A stretch of DNA of 64,000 bases, from assembly GCA_048940445.1 (NCBI GenBank), contig JBHLON010000011.1:20659-84658 (forward strand), given 5' to 3'. Of the stretch, positions 62,901-64,000 are shown in pieces. Numbering within the stretch: position 1 is the stretch's first letter; every line of letters begins with the position of its first letter. Source of the DNA: Promethearchaeota archaeon (lineage in GTDB: Archaea; Asgardarchaeota; Lokiarchaeia; Sigyniarchaeales; SOKP01). The notes below the pieces were generated by a model, which did not search any database, was not told the origin of the DNA, and saw nothing but the letters and a program-made list of their open reading frames with translations. Position numbers and translations under genes: made by a program.

Positions 62901-64000
62901 CCTACATATATTATTCATTTAAAATAACAGGAAATAAACCTGGTTATCCTCAACCGAACACTGAGACCTTTTTTGTAAATATAAGAGCTATTCCGACTGC
63001 AATTGGTTTATATGATCATGACTCGCTTACAGAAATCTCTGACAAAACGATCAATGCTTACTATAATGAAGTAGTGTATTTCACAATTAGATTTTATCGC
63101 TCTGATAATCTTAACAATCTTCTTGGGGCACAGGTTACATACAATTGGATAGGTATTGGCCCTTTTACGATACAACCTGATCCAATTAATATCGGATACT
63201 ACACATTCATATTGAATACTTCAAGTGCGTTAAGCATTGGGATTAAAGTAGTCTCAATTAGGGCATCGCTCGAGAATTACACAACTCAAAGTAATTTTAA
63301 TATATTTTTAGACATCGATCCAAGACCGACCAACATTAATGGGGAGACTGTAGATATTTTATATGTTCCCTATCCACTTTGGGTTGAAAAAGATATAAAA
63401 TTCAATTTTACATACACGGATGCTTTAACATCTAAGCTTTTGGGAAATTTAGATTTAGCAACTTTCAGTTGGAGACAGGTAGATGAAAATGGTATTGTTA
63501 TTACTGGAAGTGAAGGAACAGGAACATTAACAGAGCTAACAAGTAAAATCTATTCATTAGATTTTAATACAGAGAAAAAGGCAGTTGGTTATTATCAATT
63601 ATTTATAACCTTACAAAAAGAAAATTATGATGCCCGATTTGCTTATATAGATCTTGAAATTAAACTAAGAGAATTTGATATAGCCTGGGAAGCGACTGGT
63701 AAAAGCGGAAATCAAGTAACAGTTATTCAAGGATCAAATATCTTTTTAGAATTGAACCTAACAGATACTACTAGAGGAAATACACCATTAACTAACGCTA
63801 GTTTAATACTTAGAACTTTAGGAACAGATTATGATTTCATTGAAATGTCACCTGGTTATTACACAATGTCATTTAGCACCGAAAATATTGAAGCCTTTTT
63901 CACATCAAATATCTTTGGTGGAGAGATCATCATTCAAAAAGATAATTTTACGAGTCAAGAAATAGATATTACATTTAATATTCTGATGGAAGAAATTTTT
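59924..64000 (+). CDS. Very large secreted/surface protein, DUF2341-like N-terminal domain plus beta-rich repeats (runs off window end)
   Basis: ATG 59924, basic plus hydrophobic leader, PWWDDNFEYRMLINV...DLDDIRI; many NxT/S sequons; frame appears open to the end. Confidence 0.85.
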   Translation, partial: MKSKKLHRIRLKALLILLFILLTGAYSVFLMNFTANSVDISDSDTLSNYDQDNILNSPKSNLFGNAPWWDDNFEYRMLINVTNPYSHNFIDFGTSVSFNYINLVQAGKLQSDLDDIRIIENGIIRKYVVVKDYPSSNMATVWFDTNISANKKELDTYLYFGNPSAPNAESKDPSDSFGWVKNGDFELDISNNDKFEPFGWYFSHNPVQVILGKNNPSPNAYNSSLASYNSFVNKLISNPLQAERVASGTYAYKWGASSNILPDGTVHDYAGTFFSYPFKVPIIEGGQIFLKAYRNIRTWRFERPKNVGQINFDGYFARILNGSDSIYSVNPDSHSDNDIYAPNYQNYAEAFDGNAYWNNPARKWIEDTTVMDLATHSIINDTYSNIYPSPDGDLTGYIYINLTDYMGKEIFFEMGAWGDESDVVNQEKSAFLQLDDVGFNYDLVTIINNAQKRTSDVTIIARDADGRFVPNAKITIVNNSAKGTENFKVQTGFSSSLNGSVTFKNVLNGVYNITANYTLGSKEFELYNSTKFNKITHNFTGKPYTVDIKLNLWTIDFEIVDWERLPLKYAYINVSDQKGGTVLSKITLSSQGKATFRWKYASYYYYEVYYNNEDYKSYPLLISNGYIYRSDYESSKLQTHIIDVNEVNQAPSIENRYNVSERIYTNGSETSFGNKKIINANITLTNMNDQIQDISIYYIDKDNSTGIGDENLIYFNDDYDFGDDSDFVSLDMIKVNNPKLNMEKHQVYGLFIEVNGVNSSKCNGVITVDLIETSNIYNRTQLSKLYIRVISKDISPEGMPVSSLIKVRDDSGQPLINLTSFWNKNGSAYAPKNDYELPFWFFIGRTYNFSINYLNYVDIAFNVTELDPETQWYPVSNAGTTYYNYTFYGSASITFNLILPSELNTTHYDTAFFNATGTTDVVWGNNLTFSVNFYYTEDGGDSWVPVSGSPSSCSLIVTAVGSSTVLILEELNFLGNGSFSITINSNRLSAGGSYIYYSFKITGNKPGYPQPNTETFFVNIRAIPTAIGLYDHDSLTEISDKTINAYYNEVVYFTIRFYRSDNLNNLLGAQVTYNWIGIGPFTIQPDPINIGYYTFILNTSSALSIGIKVVSIRASLENYTTQSNFNIFLDIDPRPTNINGETVDILYVPYPLWVEKDIKFNFTYTDALTSKLLGNLDLATFSWRQVDENGIVITGSEGTGTLTELTSKIYSLDFNTEKKAVGYYQLFITLQKENYDARFAYIDLEIKLREFDIAWEATGKSGNQVTVIQGSNIFLELNLTDTTRGNTPLTNASLILRTLGTDYDFIEMSPGYYTMSFSTENIEAFFTSNIFGGEIIIQKDNFTSQEIDITFNILMEEIF

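Overview
AT-rich archaeal chromosomal segment, most consistent with an Asgard (Lokiarchaeia-type) genome. The basis is Rab- and Arf/Rag-like GTPases, longin-like and gelsolin-like domains, eS25, a tailed histone and a Bud23-like methyltransferase. Mostly housekeeping and metabolic genes, with an accessory stretch at about 11.3-25 kb. Main points not visible in the ORF track: (1) a CdrS-like ribbon-helix-helix gene (1534-1725) interrupted by a 30-nt hairpin insertion with an in-frame TGA and a relaxed bulge-helix-bulge fold, i.e. a candidate archaeal mRNA intron; (2) an hdrA-mvhD-frhB-like operon with four in-frame UGA codons at conserved Cys sites (selenocysteine) and one eukaryote-type SECIS whose AUGA core is the mvhD stop codon; (3) a 39-bp palindromic repeat just downstream of co-oriented, unrelated accessory genes (cassette-like array); (4) genes that appear to initiate at ATT; (5) an intron-containing tRNA-Ser(CGA). 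All family assignments come from motif recognition by eye; no searches were run.
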